This document shows, in pieces, positions 49,701 through 57,502 of a stretch of DNA of 64,000 nt. A model generated the notes under the pieces. That model worked only from the letters and a program-made list of their open reading frames with translations, was not told where the DNA came from and made no database searches. The DNA lies in contig NC_042997.1 of assembly GCF_006345805.1 (NCBI RefSeq), positions 23,188,001 to 23,252,000 of the forward strand, read 5' to 3'. Within the stretch, counting starts at the first letter, position 1; every line of letters begins with the position of its first letter. The translations under genes were made by a program, and so were the position numbers. Source of the stretch: Octopus sinensis (taxonomy: Eukaryota).

Positions 49701-52590
49701 GTCTTAGAGTTAACCTAGCAAAAACCAAAGTCCTAATAAGTAGGAAGGCAAGCAAACCACAAATCCTTTCAGGTAGATGGCCTGCTCGATCTGTAGAAAA
49801 GGTGTAGGTAGAAACTCTATAAGATGTACTCGGTGTAAGCTATGGACACATTAAGAGGTGCAGCAATATCAAAGGAAAGTTAACTGAGAAAATAATTTTT
49901 GTGTGGGAGAGGCACAGGTGCAATAAACACCGAAGATGTACAGATTCCATCACATGCCAGGGAGGAAAGCTAGTAGTTGACAGCTTCTGTTACCTAGGTG
50001 ACCAAGTCAGTAGCAGGGGTGGATGCTCTAGAAGTGTAGCTGCCAGAATAAGAATAGGCTGGACAAAGTTCAGGGAGCCCCTGCCTCTACTGGTAACAAA
50101 GGGCCTCTTACTCAGAGTGAAAGGTAGACTGTATGATACCTGTGTGCTAACAGCCATGCTACATGGCAGTGAAACATGGGCTGTTACTACGAGGACATGC
50201 ATAGGCTTGAATGATATGAAGCTAGTATGCTCTGCAGGTTTTGTAATGTCAGTGTACAAACACAACAGAATGTAAGCACCCGAGAGAAGAGTTGGACATA
50301 AAAAGCATTGGATGTGGTGTGCAAGAGAGATGACTGCACAGGTATGGTCATGTGTTGTGTATGGAAGAGGACAGCTTTGTGAAAAAGTGTCACACTAGCG
50401 GTAGAGGGGAACTTGTGGAAGAGGTAGACCCCGGAAGACCTGGGATGAGGTGGTGAAGCACAACCTTTGAACATTGGGCCACACCAAGGTGTTAACAAGT
50501 GACCAAGACCTTTGGAGATATGCTGTGCTTGAGAAGACCTGGCAAGCCAAGTGAGATCATAGTTGTGGCTGGTGCCAGTATCGCATAACTGGCCCACTTA
50601 AAAGCACCTCCAATTGTCAGGTGAAGACTTGTGAAGACCTGCTGAACCGAGTGAATAATTTTTTGCTTCAAAACCAGGCATGGCTGTGTGGTAAGAATTT
50701 TGTTTCCCAATCACATGGATCCAGGTTCAATCCCACTGTCTTCTACTTTGGGCTGTAGTAGTTGAAACAAGTAAAAGATAAAAGAAAATCGTATGCTCAA
50801 AGGATCAACAATTTGCCAAACAGATGGGATTGTGTTATCAATGAAGGAAAATATTACCTTGATTAAATATATCAATTAAGACCGAGGAAGCATTTATTTC
50901 TTCCAATCTTGAAATACAATGGGACTTTCTTTCCAACTTAAGATATTCCTAAACAAAAGACCAGATAGTCATGACAGGAATACTTTTGATTCTAAGACTA
51001 CTTCATCAGAGTGGGCCTGGGGGGGGGGGGGCTAAACGACAACATGTGATACCTATTTAAATCTTCTTTGACTAAACTAGTGAGTGTTGAGTACAGATCA
51101 TAAATGAACAACCTTTTAATCTTTGCTCCAATTTCCTATCAATTGATATAGCCATGGTGAAATAAGTCATGACAAGGAAACAGGGCATGTAGAAGACATA
51201 AGAAATACATTTAGAACAAGTCATAAAAAAAACCTGTGTTGGAGTAGTCTAAAACAATACTTCTTCAGATAAAACATTAGATTTGGGACAACATACTAAT
51301 ATTGCTGTGGCAACTATTTCAGACCTTGAGTTCTATGTACAGCTAGAAGTGGATGGTTGTAATATTTACCAGTGAAGGGGAAGGTGACCTGTTTGTTATG
51401 CATGATACCTTATTTGCCAGTCATTTCACAGTAATTAGGAGATAATGAAACACAAGTTTTCAAAATAACTTTATAGTAAGCTTCATTATTTTTTTTTATC
51501 TCAGTAACAATATAAAAAGTGCCATCATCATCATCATCATCATCATCACTTTGGGCAAGTGTCTTCTAATATATATTTCTTTACTACCCACAAGGGGCTA
51601 AACACAGAGGGGACAAACAAGGACAGACAAAGGGATTAAGTCGATTACATCGACCCCAGTGCGTAACTGGTACTTAATTTATCGACCCCGAAAGGATGAA
51701 AGGCAAAGTCAACCTCGGCGGAATTTGAACTCGGAACGTAACGACAGACGAAATACGGCTACGCAGGTCGCCCGGCGCGCTAACGTTTCTGCCAGCTCGC
51801 CACCTTGTGTCTTCTAATATAGCCTTGGGTCAACCAAAGCCGTGTGAATGGATTTGGTAGAAACTGAAACTGAAACTGAAAGCAGCCTGTTGTATATGTG
51901 TGTGCGTGATTTGGTTTGAGATTATTTTATAATTTTGAAATATTTAGTTTCAGTTTACTACTTTCCAAACTTGGATACTGTCACAGTCAATTTTCATCTT
52001 TCTATAGATCATAAAAAAAGTATTAGTCATATACAAGGGTTAATTTAATTAACTACCTTCATCTGCACTAGTGTGGAAAACCATTATTATAGTAATAATG
52101 AACATGTATAATATCTAGATATGTTTTTTTTTTCAACTTTGTTGGCGTTAGGAAGGGCATCCTGGCGTTAGGAAGGGCATCCTGGTGGCGTTAGGAAGGG
52201 CATCCAGCTGTAGAAACACTGCCAGATCTGACTGGCCTGGTGCAGCCTTCGGGCTTCCCAGACCCCAGTTGAACTGTCTAACCCATGCTAGCATGGAAAG
52301 CGGACGTTAAACGATGATGATGATGATGATAAATAAGAAAAAGATCACAACCAGTGGATTCTAAAATGAGGTAAGTTATAATCTGATAAATCTATACATA
52401 CTTGCAGTCCTAATTGCCTTTCAGCAACAAACTCTCGTTCCATATTTCCAAACATCTTTTTAGGTGGTATAGCTAGTTCAATATTGGACATGTGTAACTC
52501 TGCATCCAAAGCCACAAAATCACTGTACCGTTTTTTAATGGTCCAGTTGTTTTCAACGACAGCACCCCTTTGCACTCGAACAATGTATTC
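8163..52590 (-). CDS. PXK: PX domain-containing protein kinase-like protein (PXK/MONaKA/Slob family), 13 coding exons in window, 5' exon missing
   Basis: Joined exons 52402-52590, 46187-46283, 44867-44944, 41353-41426, 40764-40838, 38114-38360, 33651-33775, 32608-32725, 29713-29791, 28295-28421, 26930-27013, 22943-23018 and 8163-8473 give 1680 nt, one open frame with matching phases. The translation follows human PXK as I remember it ([54 protein letters not shown]-terminal WH2). Confidence 0.95.
8548..8765 (-). mobile_element. Meta-like tRNA SINE, ~75 nt upstream of the PXK last-exon acceptor
   Basis: Same family as 3478-3692 and 51574-51806, with CpG decayed. Confidence 0.88.
9745..9950 (-). 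repeat. Unclassified dispersed SINE-like repeat; related copies near 30490-30640, 34975-35150, 45900-46075, 47940-48125, 50940-51045 and 53800-54000
   Basis: Shared tgctatttctag..g.tcaag and gctgacctggggctaaacaac-like motifs across copies. Confidence 0.55.
10620..12300 (+). mobile_element. Fossil hAT transposon (GTF2IRD2/SPIN/Charlie-like transposase)
   Basis: BED-like CFICH...KANNLNHHY (~10700); [21 protein letters not shown] and VRFLS (ORF 11157-11561); FWE..YP..K at the dimerisation region; many stops and frameshifts. Confidence 0.8.
13352..13560 (-). mobile_element. Short retroposon with RTE-type 3' end; related copies near 18410, 41665, 54350, 55030 and 62560
   Basis: catcat tail, ctggcatgggttgga, ggatgcc(c)tt.ctaatgccaac, gtgcttttt..gtgcca. 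Confidence 0.7.
14080..15040. mobile_element. Mosaic of decayed LINEs: CR1-like RT fragment (minus, ~14080-14570) and RTE C-terminal fragment (plus, ~14580-15040)
   Basis: Minus HGFFTDGST (~QHGFR..RST) and SGIP; plus FCYLGD..SSGG and LHGSKTW. Confidence 0.55.
15295..15327. repeat. (AAAT)n microsatellite
   Basis: Directly visible. Confidence 0.95.
17570..17910 (-). mobile_element. Two adjacent partial Meta-like SINEs
   Basis: ctggtacttatttt, gaaaggatgaaag and gaatttgaa.tcagaa motifs occur twice. Confidence 0.7.
19590..19970. repeat. Compound microsatellite containing a ~45-bp minisatellite (6 units), flanked by (TA)n and (CATA)n
   Basis: ACATGT centres at 19677, 19722, 19767, 19812, 19853 and 19898. 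Confidence 0.95.
20945..21080 (-). mobile_element. Degraded Meta-like SINE
   Basis: atcaaccctgaaaaggatgaagggcaaagtt...gaatttgagttc. Confidence 0.7.
22943..23018 (-). CDS. PXK: PXK exon ([25 protein letters not shown]), 76 nt, phase 0-1
   Basis: tgattttcag|AAA ... GTT G|gtgagt; ALENS motif as in the vertebrate sequence; the phase links it to the last exon. Confidence 0.85.
23195..23480 (-). mobile_element. CORE-like SINE head half followed by a (CT)n(AT)n(AGAT)n microsatellite
   Basis: gaagacacttgc...gggattgaactcagaaccatgtggttgg...cttaccaca. Confidence 0.75.
24241..24540 (-). mobile_element. RTE 3' end fragment
   Basis: (CAT)n tail and 3' UTR repeat units as in 24921-25420. Confidence 0.88.
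24921..26793 (-). mobile_element. 5'-truncated RTE-clade LINE with an intact 444-aa RT/C-terminal ORF (25422-26756), ~500-bp 3' UTR and (GAT)n tail
   Basis: [40 protein letters not shown] (26367-26378), [20 protein letters not shown] and RGRPRKTW; no endonuclease domain present. Confidence 0.96.
26930..27013 (-). CDS. PXK: PXK exon ([28 protein letters not shown]), 84 nt, phase 0-0
   Basis: tttcctacag|ATA ... AAG|gtttgt; basic segment matching RRLTRAQ.HH.SEEE.K.RK. Confidence 0.9.
28295..28421 (-). CDS. PXK: PXK exon ([42 protein letters not shown]), 127 nt, phase 2-0
   Basis: tttattccag|A TTT ... CTG|gtgtgt; matches KP.FKIP.KLKE....AKE..EK.L.EEQK. Confidence 0.92.
28565..29540 (+). mobile_element. 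Heavily degraded RTE LINE RT fragment
   Basis: gcctttgacaggatccct, gttcactaaggttcaactctcagtcc, decayed zinc-finger segment and gacctaact..tagtgaagg, collinear with the 25422-26756 ORF. Confidence 0.8.
29713..29791 (-). CDS. PXK: PXK exon ([27 protein letters not shown]), 79 nt, phase 1-2
   Basis: ctatatccag|GT ... CAT CC|gtaagt; matches VLES.L..EACKN..PT. Confidence 0.93.
30950..32400 (-). mobile_element. Degraded CR1/L2-like LINE RT fragment
   Basis: [12 protein letters not shown] and [11 protein letters not shown] (ORF 31077-31436) resemble the ..SK.ME.V.N and AFD.VWH..LL.KL motifs. Confidence 0.55.
32608..32725 (-). CDS. PXK: PXK exon ([39 protein letters not shown]), 118 nt, phase 0-1
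   Basis: ctcttgtag|AAA ... CTA C|gttagt; kinase subdomain IX-like (ES.DV..FG.LLYEM..G). Confidence 0.93.
32810..33420. mobile_element. CORE-like SINE head (plus, ~32810-33000) abutting an RTE 3' UTR fragment (minus, ~33045-33420)
   Basis: gcaccttggacaagtgtc; ccttcctaacgccaacc and atgccaccagcac. Confidence 0.7.
33651..33775 (-). CDS. PXK: PXK exon ([42 protein letters not shown]), 125 nt, phase 1-0
   Basis: ttcttttgtag|GT CAC ... CAG|gtatta; degenerate catalytic loop and DFG positions typical of PXK. Confidence 0.95.
34318..34735 (-). mobile_element. Well-preserved full-length CORE-like tRNA SINE with an internal (TA/TG) microsatellite and (AAGAGTA)n-like tail
   Basis: Minus strand tgtggtaagtagc (A box), gggttcaatccc (B box), cttgggcaagtgtcttc; near-identical to 52655-53050. 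Confidence 0.92.
35940..36480 (+). mobile_element. Pyrimidine-rich, possibly Penelope-like fossil
   Basis: Strong C/T skew like 41870-42240 and 62920-63400 (reverse strand); motifs too decayed to confirm. Confidence 0.3.
36490..36870 (-). mobile_element. RTE LINE fragment (endonuclease-RT linker) plus RTE-type tail
   Basis: [19 protein letters not shown] (ORF 36541-36924) matches the RTE W.E..E.LLN linker. Confidence 0.7.
36950..38040 (-). mobile_element. Cluster: CORE-like SINE interrupted by an RTE 3' UTR fragment (~37100-37520), followed by a second CORE-like SINE (~37700-38040)
   Basis: Family motifs as above; (CAT)n tail at ~37102. Confidence 0.8.
38114..38360 (-). CDS. PXK: PXK exon ([17 protein letters not shown]...GTLRDYI...[19 protein letters not shown]), 247 nt, phase 0-1
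   Basis: tcttttatag|CAT ... TAT G|gtaagt; overlaps the supplied ORF 38091-38342. Confidence 0.96.
39275..39655 (+). mobile_element. tRNA-derived SINE (third family), immediately after a (TG)n tract
   Basis: ggcgcaatggccaagtggttagg A box and B-box-like gattccc; 3' ~190 bp shared with 47238-47555. Confidence 0.85.
40764..40838 (-). CDS. PXK: PXK exon ([25 protein letters not shown]), 75 nt, phase 0-0
   Basis: ctctgttgtag|AAT ... CAG|gtaagt; matches D.GP.K.L...IKLLP. Confidence 0.93.
41353..41426 (-). CDS. PXK: PXK exon ([25 protein letters not shown]), 74 nt, phase 1-0
   Basis: ctctttaaag|GT TGG ... TGG|gtatgt. Confidence 0.95.
41870..42240 (-). mobile_element. Possible Penelope-like GIY-YIG fossil
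   Basis: [14 protein letters not shown] resembles the IYCI.C..C..LYIG pattern; weak. Confidence 0.35.
42240..44010 (-). mobile_element. Degraded RTE C-terminal fragment split by a mariner (RTE parts ~42240-42689 and ~43923-44010)
   Basis: Removing the mariner restores ccaattcttattcTAgcaactatactt, matching gctattcttactcTAgcagttacactt of the intact RTE. Confidence 0.85.
42690..43922 (+). mobile_element. Mariner transposon with both termini intact, 1233 bp, inactivated transposase
   Basis: Perfect 37-bp TIRs (CGAGGGGCGTTCAATAAGTAATGCCCCTGACCCACTT), TA TSDs at 42688-89 and 43923-24; [10 protein letters not shown]...[22 protein letters not shown] and SDFHLFP; frameshifts, stops and internal deletions. 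Confidence 0.97.
44867..44944 (-). CDS. PXK: PXK exon ([27 protein letters not shown]), 78 nt, phase 1-1
   Basis: atttttag|AG ... CTT G|gtgagt; near-identical to the vertebrate PXK motif. Confidence 0.95.
45100..45770 (-). mobile_element. Degraded CR1-like LINE C-terminal fragment
   Basis: [11 protein letters not shown] in ORF 45536-45760 matches the CR1 FN..KC.V.HFG motif. Confidence 0.55.
46187..46283 (-). CDS. PXK: PXK exon ([32 protein letters not shown]), 97 nt, phase 0-1
   Basis: tattttcag|CAA ... CGA G|gtaagc; matches the PX C-terminal helix NYLN...VKKFL. Confidence 0.92.
46757..47133 (+). mobile_element. Non-autonomous Helitron/Helentron-like element (HINE/Lep1-like layout) inserted in (TA)n
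   Basis: 5' ACTAGC..CGCCCGGCGTTGCTC, internal caagttttatcagaatcgg, (ACAG/ACAC) microsatellite near the 3' end, ends tttatatatagagagaagat; no TSD; CpG-rich. Confidence 0.7.
47238..47555 (+). mobile_element. tRNA SINE with a CORE-like middle and a 3' tail shared with 39275-39655
   Basis: gtggcttagtggttaga, gcaagttcaattcc, ccttgagcaagacatt, then ctgtatttcaaaaggccagcc...ggatcaactgg. Confidence 0.8.
49085..50665 (+). mobile_element. 5'-truncated, frameshifted RTE LINE, antisense to PXK
   Basis: ORF 49235-49807 (QFGFVPG...YVDD) and ORF 49901-50275 (FCYLGD...LHGSETW). Confidence 0.94.
51548..51900 (+). mobile_element. CORE-like SINE remnant split by a younger SINE
   Basis: ctttgggcaagtgtcttctaatata | gccttgggtcaaccaaagccgtgtgaatggatttggtag. 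Confidence 0.8.
51574..51806 (-). mobile_element. Young full-length Meta-like tRNA SINE with a 15-bp TSD
   Basis: GTGTCTTCTAATATA at 51559-51573 and 51807-51821; intact A/B boxes; CpG retained. Confidence 0.95.
52141..52330 (+). mobile_element. Short RTE 3' end with a triplicated 20-nt 5' junction
   Basis: tggcgttaggaagggcatcc at 52143, 52163 and 52186; (GAT)n tail. Confidence 0.92.
52402..52590 (-). CDS. PXK: PXK exon, PX domain core (EYIVRVQRG...RYSDF...[22 protein letters not shown]), 189 nt, phase 0-0
   Basis: Acceptor ttattttcag|GAA; donor CAA|gtatgt; 63 codons with the PX signature RYSDF and PPKK. Confidence 0.95.
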
Positions 52591-52654
52591 CTGAAAATAA
52601 AGCAAACTAAAGTTATAGCAAAAATAAACAAGCAAATATTTATTCAATGAATAG

Positions 52655-53050
52655 ATTACTCTTTTACTTGTTTCAGTCATTTGACTGCAGCCATGCTGGA
52701 GCACCGCCTTTAGTCGAGCAAATCGGCCCCGGGATTTATTCTTTGTAAGCCCAGTACTTATTCTATCGGTCTCTTTTGCCGAACCACTAAGTGACGGGGA
52801 CGTAAACACACCAGCATCGGTTGTCAAGCAATGCTAGGGGGACAAACACAGACACACAAACATATACACACACATACATATACATATACACGACAGGCTT
52901 CTTTCAGTTTCCGTCTACCAAATTCACTCACAAGGCATTGGTCGGCCCGGGGCTATAGTACAAGACATTTGCCCAAGATGCCACGCAGTGGGACTGAACC
53001 CGGAACGATGTGGTTGGTAAGCAAGCTACTTACCACACAGCCACTCCTGT
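52655..53050 (-). mobile_element. Well-preserved CORE-like tRNA SINE, ~65 nt upstream of the PX exon acceptor
   Basis: Near-identical to 34318-34735. Confidence 0.92.
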
Positions 53051-56000
53051 TGAATGAAAGAGATATACCACATTGCATCAATGGCTATTTGTTTAAAATT
53101 TATCCTCCAATGGATTAAATGTAAAGTCAAACACATATAAGATTTTAAATTGGAATTAAAAGGCACAAACCAAAACTAATGTAATGTATTTAGTACAACA
53201 CTTAAGTGTCTAAACCAATCCTACTTCTCTCAAATGTGTATAAACTGAAAAATATCAAACATAAAAGAAATTCCAGAAGTTAACCCATATAAATCTGTCA
53301 TTATCAGTTATCGTTTATTGTTCTGTTGTGTCTGTGGTGGAGGTGAGATTGAACTCTACAACCTATTGGATTGCACAACCCATGCCAGCATGGAAAGCAG
53401 ATGTTAAACAATGATGATGATGATGACATACCACCAAAACTTGTCAAAATTCATCTTTCTCAAACTATATTCAAAGAGAGTAGAATCCAACATTTTGAGC
53501 TTTACTTGTTATTTTAAGTAGATAATAATTATGGTATCAACTTACATCTGAAGTACAAATGACTATTGCAAGATAAAAATGTCTTCATCATGACTGGTAA
53601 AAGGAACTGTTCTTATCAACCATAGATATCTGACAATCATCCAATGATATAGTCTTACATCCAATTAACTCAATTAGTTTTGGTTCTTTTATAAGTCTAT
53701 AAATTGGAAATATGTGTCAGTAGTTGGAGCAAATGCTATTTCTATTTTACTATTTCTAATACCATCAGTCATAGTTGATATGATACAGGATGCAAGAATA
53801 GAGCCTCTGCATGGTCATTAAACTTGCTACATATAGTAGCCACATTTCCTAAAAATCACTACCATCTTAGAAAAATGGAAGAATATTTTGGACAATGTAT
53901 TTCTAAATACCCAAAAAGATGGGTTGTAATGGTAGGAATATTTATGATCATAATACAACTCAATCAAAGCTGATCTGGGGCTAAGCAACTATATAAACAT
54001 GGGACATGTTTGCAACAAGGAGACAAACGTATTCTTATAACTTAAAGAAGTTCCCTATGAGGAAGAGAAATCTAACATTTTAGACAGAACCCTATACCAG
54101 AAAATTCTACTTGTAACAAAAATTTCCAAATTTTCCTCATAGCAAAATAATATATTTTATTTTACAAACCTTTTCTACTTAGTATTTGGAAAATAGTTTC
54201 CTGGTATTCCGATGTTTCATTTTCTTGTCTCTAGTGATTCAAAGATTTAATCTCAACAATAAAACTGATATTGATAGACTTCCATTCCCTTTTTATCTGC
54301 TGTCATTAAGTATTTCCAGTTTACTGGAAGTTGTCCCACTTTTCATGGAACTGGGTGCTCTCACTAGTGCAGGTGACACTAAAAAGCACCCAACACACTC
54401 AAGATATTAGTTGGTTAGGAAGGCATCCAGCTGTAGAAGCCAACCATTCCAAAACAGACACTGGGGCTTAGCACAATCCTCTGACTTCTTTTGCATCCCG
54501 TCAAACTGTCCAACTCATGTAAATATGGAATATGGATGCTAAATGATAATGATGACTCCTGCAACCAACCTAACCACATGTCATCTCTCTCTTAGTCATC
54601 TGTTTACTGTATCATTGCTATTTTGCACTGTCAGTTATCTCCTACTCTCTCCTACCTCCTCCAACTCACTGGCTGTCCCTCAAGCCACACTTTATCCACC
54701 ATTCACTACATCCACCTTTCAACCCTACCCAATCTTTACGGTTGTTGCTCAATTCCCCTTCCCAATTCCTCATCTCTCGCTCCCCCTAAACTCTTGTAAG
54801 TTCTACCCACATTCCTGGTTTCTCTGCTTCTTCATACCTTGTGGGTCCACCAAGATACCTATTTTTATCTGTTTGCAGATCCACCCAATCACTTCCATCT
54901 TTTCATCTAAAATGTGAGCAATCGTATAGCTCCTCAACAACAAGAATTCTTGCTAGAAATCTCATTCTTTAATCCCTCTTCTCCAATCATAAACCCTTCC
55001 CCCTCAGGGTTCATAGTTTTGCAAGCAATGTGGCAATCCCACTAGTGCTGGTGGCATGTAAAAAGCACCCAATACATGCTGTAAAGTGGTTGGCATTCAA
55101 AAGGGCATCTGGCTGTAGAAACCATGCCAAAACAGACAAGGGAGCACAATCCAGTTCTTGGACATCATAACCTATCATACCATCCAACTTATATCAGCAC
55201 AAAACATGTACATTAATGGCTTATACAATTTACACATACATATGCAAGCATTCATGCACATGCAGATACACACGCATGCACACACACACACACATGCATT
55301 ACATCTCATCCTGGGCTGGTATACAGAAGTGAAATTATTGATTTAAAAAAATGTATTAAATTTCCTGGCCTTCTACAAAAACAACCTTGTAAGTTTTTGA
55401 AAAAGTTTAGAATATCTGTAGAGATAACCTTAACAAAGAATTATGAACAGAATTTGTGATCCGATGAAGGTCCGAAATATTTCCCAAATTTTTTTATTTG
55501 AAATTTTTGCTTACCCTTCTGTCTACCATTTCTACTACTGCATTCCCTCTCCCTCTTTGATTTACATAAATCACTCACTTTTCCATTACTATCTCAATTA
55601 TCCACCACCTGTGGTCCCACAATTAGCTAATATTACCTCTCCACTCTCTATACTGCTGGCTGTCAATTTCCTTTCCTTCCCCAAACTTTTTACCAGTAAC
55701 CATTCCTGCAGTCACCTGCCATTTACTCTATCCTGTTCCTATCTATCTCTTTACTCAGTCCTGTTACCACTCATTACTCTTGCAGAACTAGCTCTTCCAT
55801 TTCTCTTCCCAGATTCACCAATTCCCTCTTTCTCTCTCTCTCTCACTCAATTCCAGCTTCAGCATTCACTCCCACTTCTAACAGTAATGGTCATATTATG
55901 CCGAATGAATGGAGTAAACATAGAACAGTGAGGATTCTGAACCCTCAAACACTGGTGTCACAATAAAATGTATCCAGTGCATTTTGTGAAGTGGTGGATG

Positions 56001-57502
56001 AATGGACAAGATATCATACTGTTGAGAGGACCCTTCATCTCATCTTGACAAGGACCTATCAACTTCTCCAGTGCTGTTACTATAGAAAAACTGCACCCGC
56101 TACACTCCAAATGGTTGATGGATGTGCAGAAACGTTGTACAATTTGAGAGGACCTCTTAATCTTGTCAAGTGAAGGATATAATCATTTCCCTACTACTGG
56201 AACTGTGAAAATTTTCACCCAGTATACTCTGTAAAATGGTTCACATTAGAAACTATGACAAATAAAAACAGAAACAAAGGAGTGGTTTCCTGGTCACACC
56301 TAGAATATCAGTAATCCAAATGTCATCTGACTTGTCTAACCCACCCATGCTAGCATAGAAAGATGTACATTAATTATGATGGTATGTTGTGGAGGAGTGA
56401 TCAAGGATCCTGAAGTGACTCATGTGCCCTCATCATTTGCAACATCAATTTCAAGAAACTGGCCAGCTACCTAATCGCCTACTAATCAAGTTGATGCAGA
56501 AGCGAGACAGACTTCATTCTTACCATAAAAAAAAGACAGTTGTGAATGATAAGTCTATACCTAGTGAAGACTGTATTCACTATCAAATTAAACTAGTGGT
56601 TAGTGACTTCAGTGTAAGAACTAGATTGGTGCAGAGACAGAAGAAAATCTAGAGAAAAAGAACATGGACAATGGAAAAATAAAGAGCCAGCAGTAAGTTT
56701 AGAGACATGTTAATCAATGCATATATATGACAAGATAGCGGAGATAGAAAATACTGATGTAGTGGACAACTGGGAGTTTCTAAGGAGGGTGGCCAGCCAA
56801 ATCTGTGGCTATAGCAAGGTCTCAGCCAAAAGGAAGGTATCTATCATATTCCCAGCCTGTCTCAACAATGCAGAACACGACAAGTTATGAAGGACTGGTT
56901 AAAAGGGAACATCAAAAAGCAATAACAAGTTATCAGAAACTTGGCATTAAGTATATATAGCAAAAAGAGAAGCCCGAAGGGAACTAGAGATGTTATTGGA
57001 GAGAAATGTGTAAAGAATGGTGACACCACTCTTGCCGTAACAGATTATTTAAAGGAAGATGTATGGAAGTGCTATTATGTGAGATTGTAATGAAGAGAAC
57101 GCACGGGAGAAAAAGGTTTACCCTAAGAAGACCTAACAAAGGGATCAACAATATGGTGGATAAAGAGATTAGAGATAAAATCTGAGAAGGCACTTGGCCC
57201 ATCAGGATGTTTAAAATATCTGGTTACCCACATAGTAAATCAGGAATTACAGGAGGGTGTTATACCCAATGATGGCACACCACCATCATTGTTAATTACA
57301 AGAACAAATATGAGATACTGAAGAGAAGAAACGACAATGATATCAAACTTTTGGGCCAGATTATGAAGGTTACAGAAAAAGCTACAACATAATTGAGAAG
57401 GAAGAGAATTCACATAGATGTAATACAGTTTATTTTTGTGACATAAAGAAGTACTACTGATGCCATCTTCATAGTAAGACAATTGCATTTGTTGACCTAG
57501 AG

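Noticed and set aside
52591-52827. N-terminal extension of supplied ORF 52345-52827 as PXK coding sequence
   Set aside because: It translates a SINE and the polypyrimidine tract; a clean acceptor lies at 52591-52592.
53546-53620. Minus-strand GTAAGT donor as candidate PXK first exon
   Set aside because: The upstream frames do not resemble the PXK N-terminus, and the ATG-initiated frame ends in phase 1 rather than the required phase 0.
55451-55490. Second hammerhead-like string CCGATGAAGGTCCGAAATATTTC
   Set aside because: U4 is mutated, helix II has an impossible 1-nt loop and helix I is out of register; at best a dead remnant.
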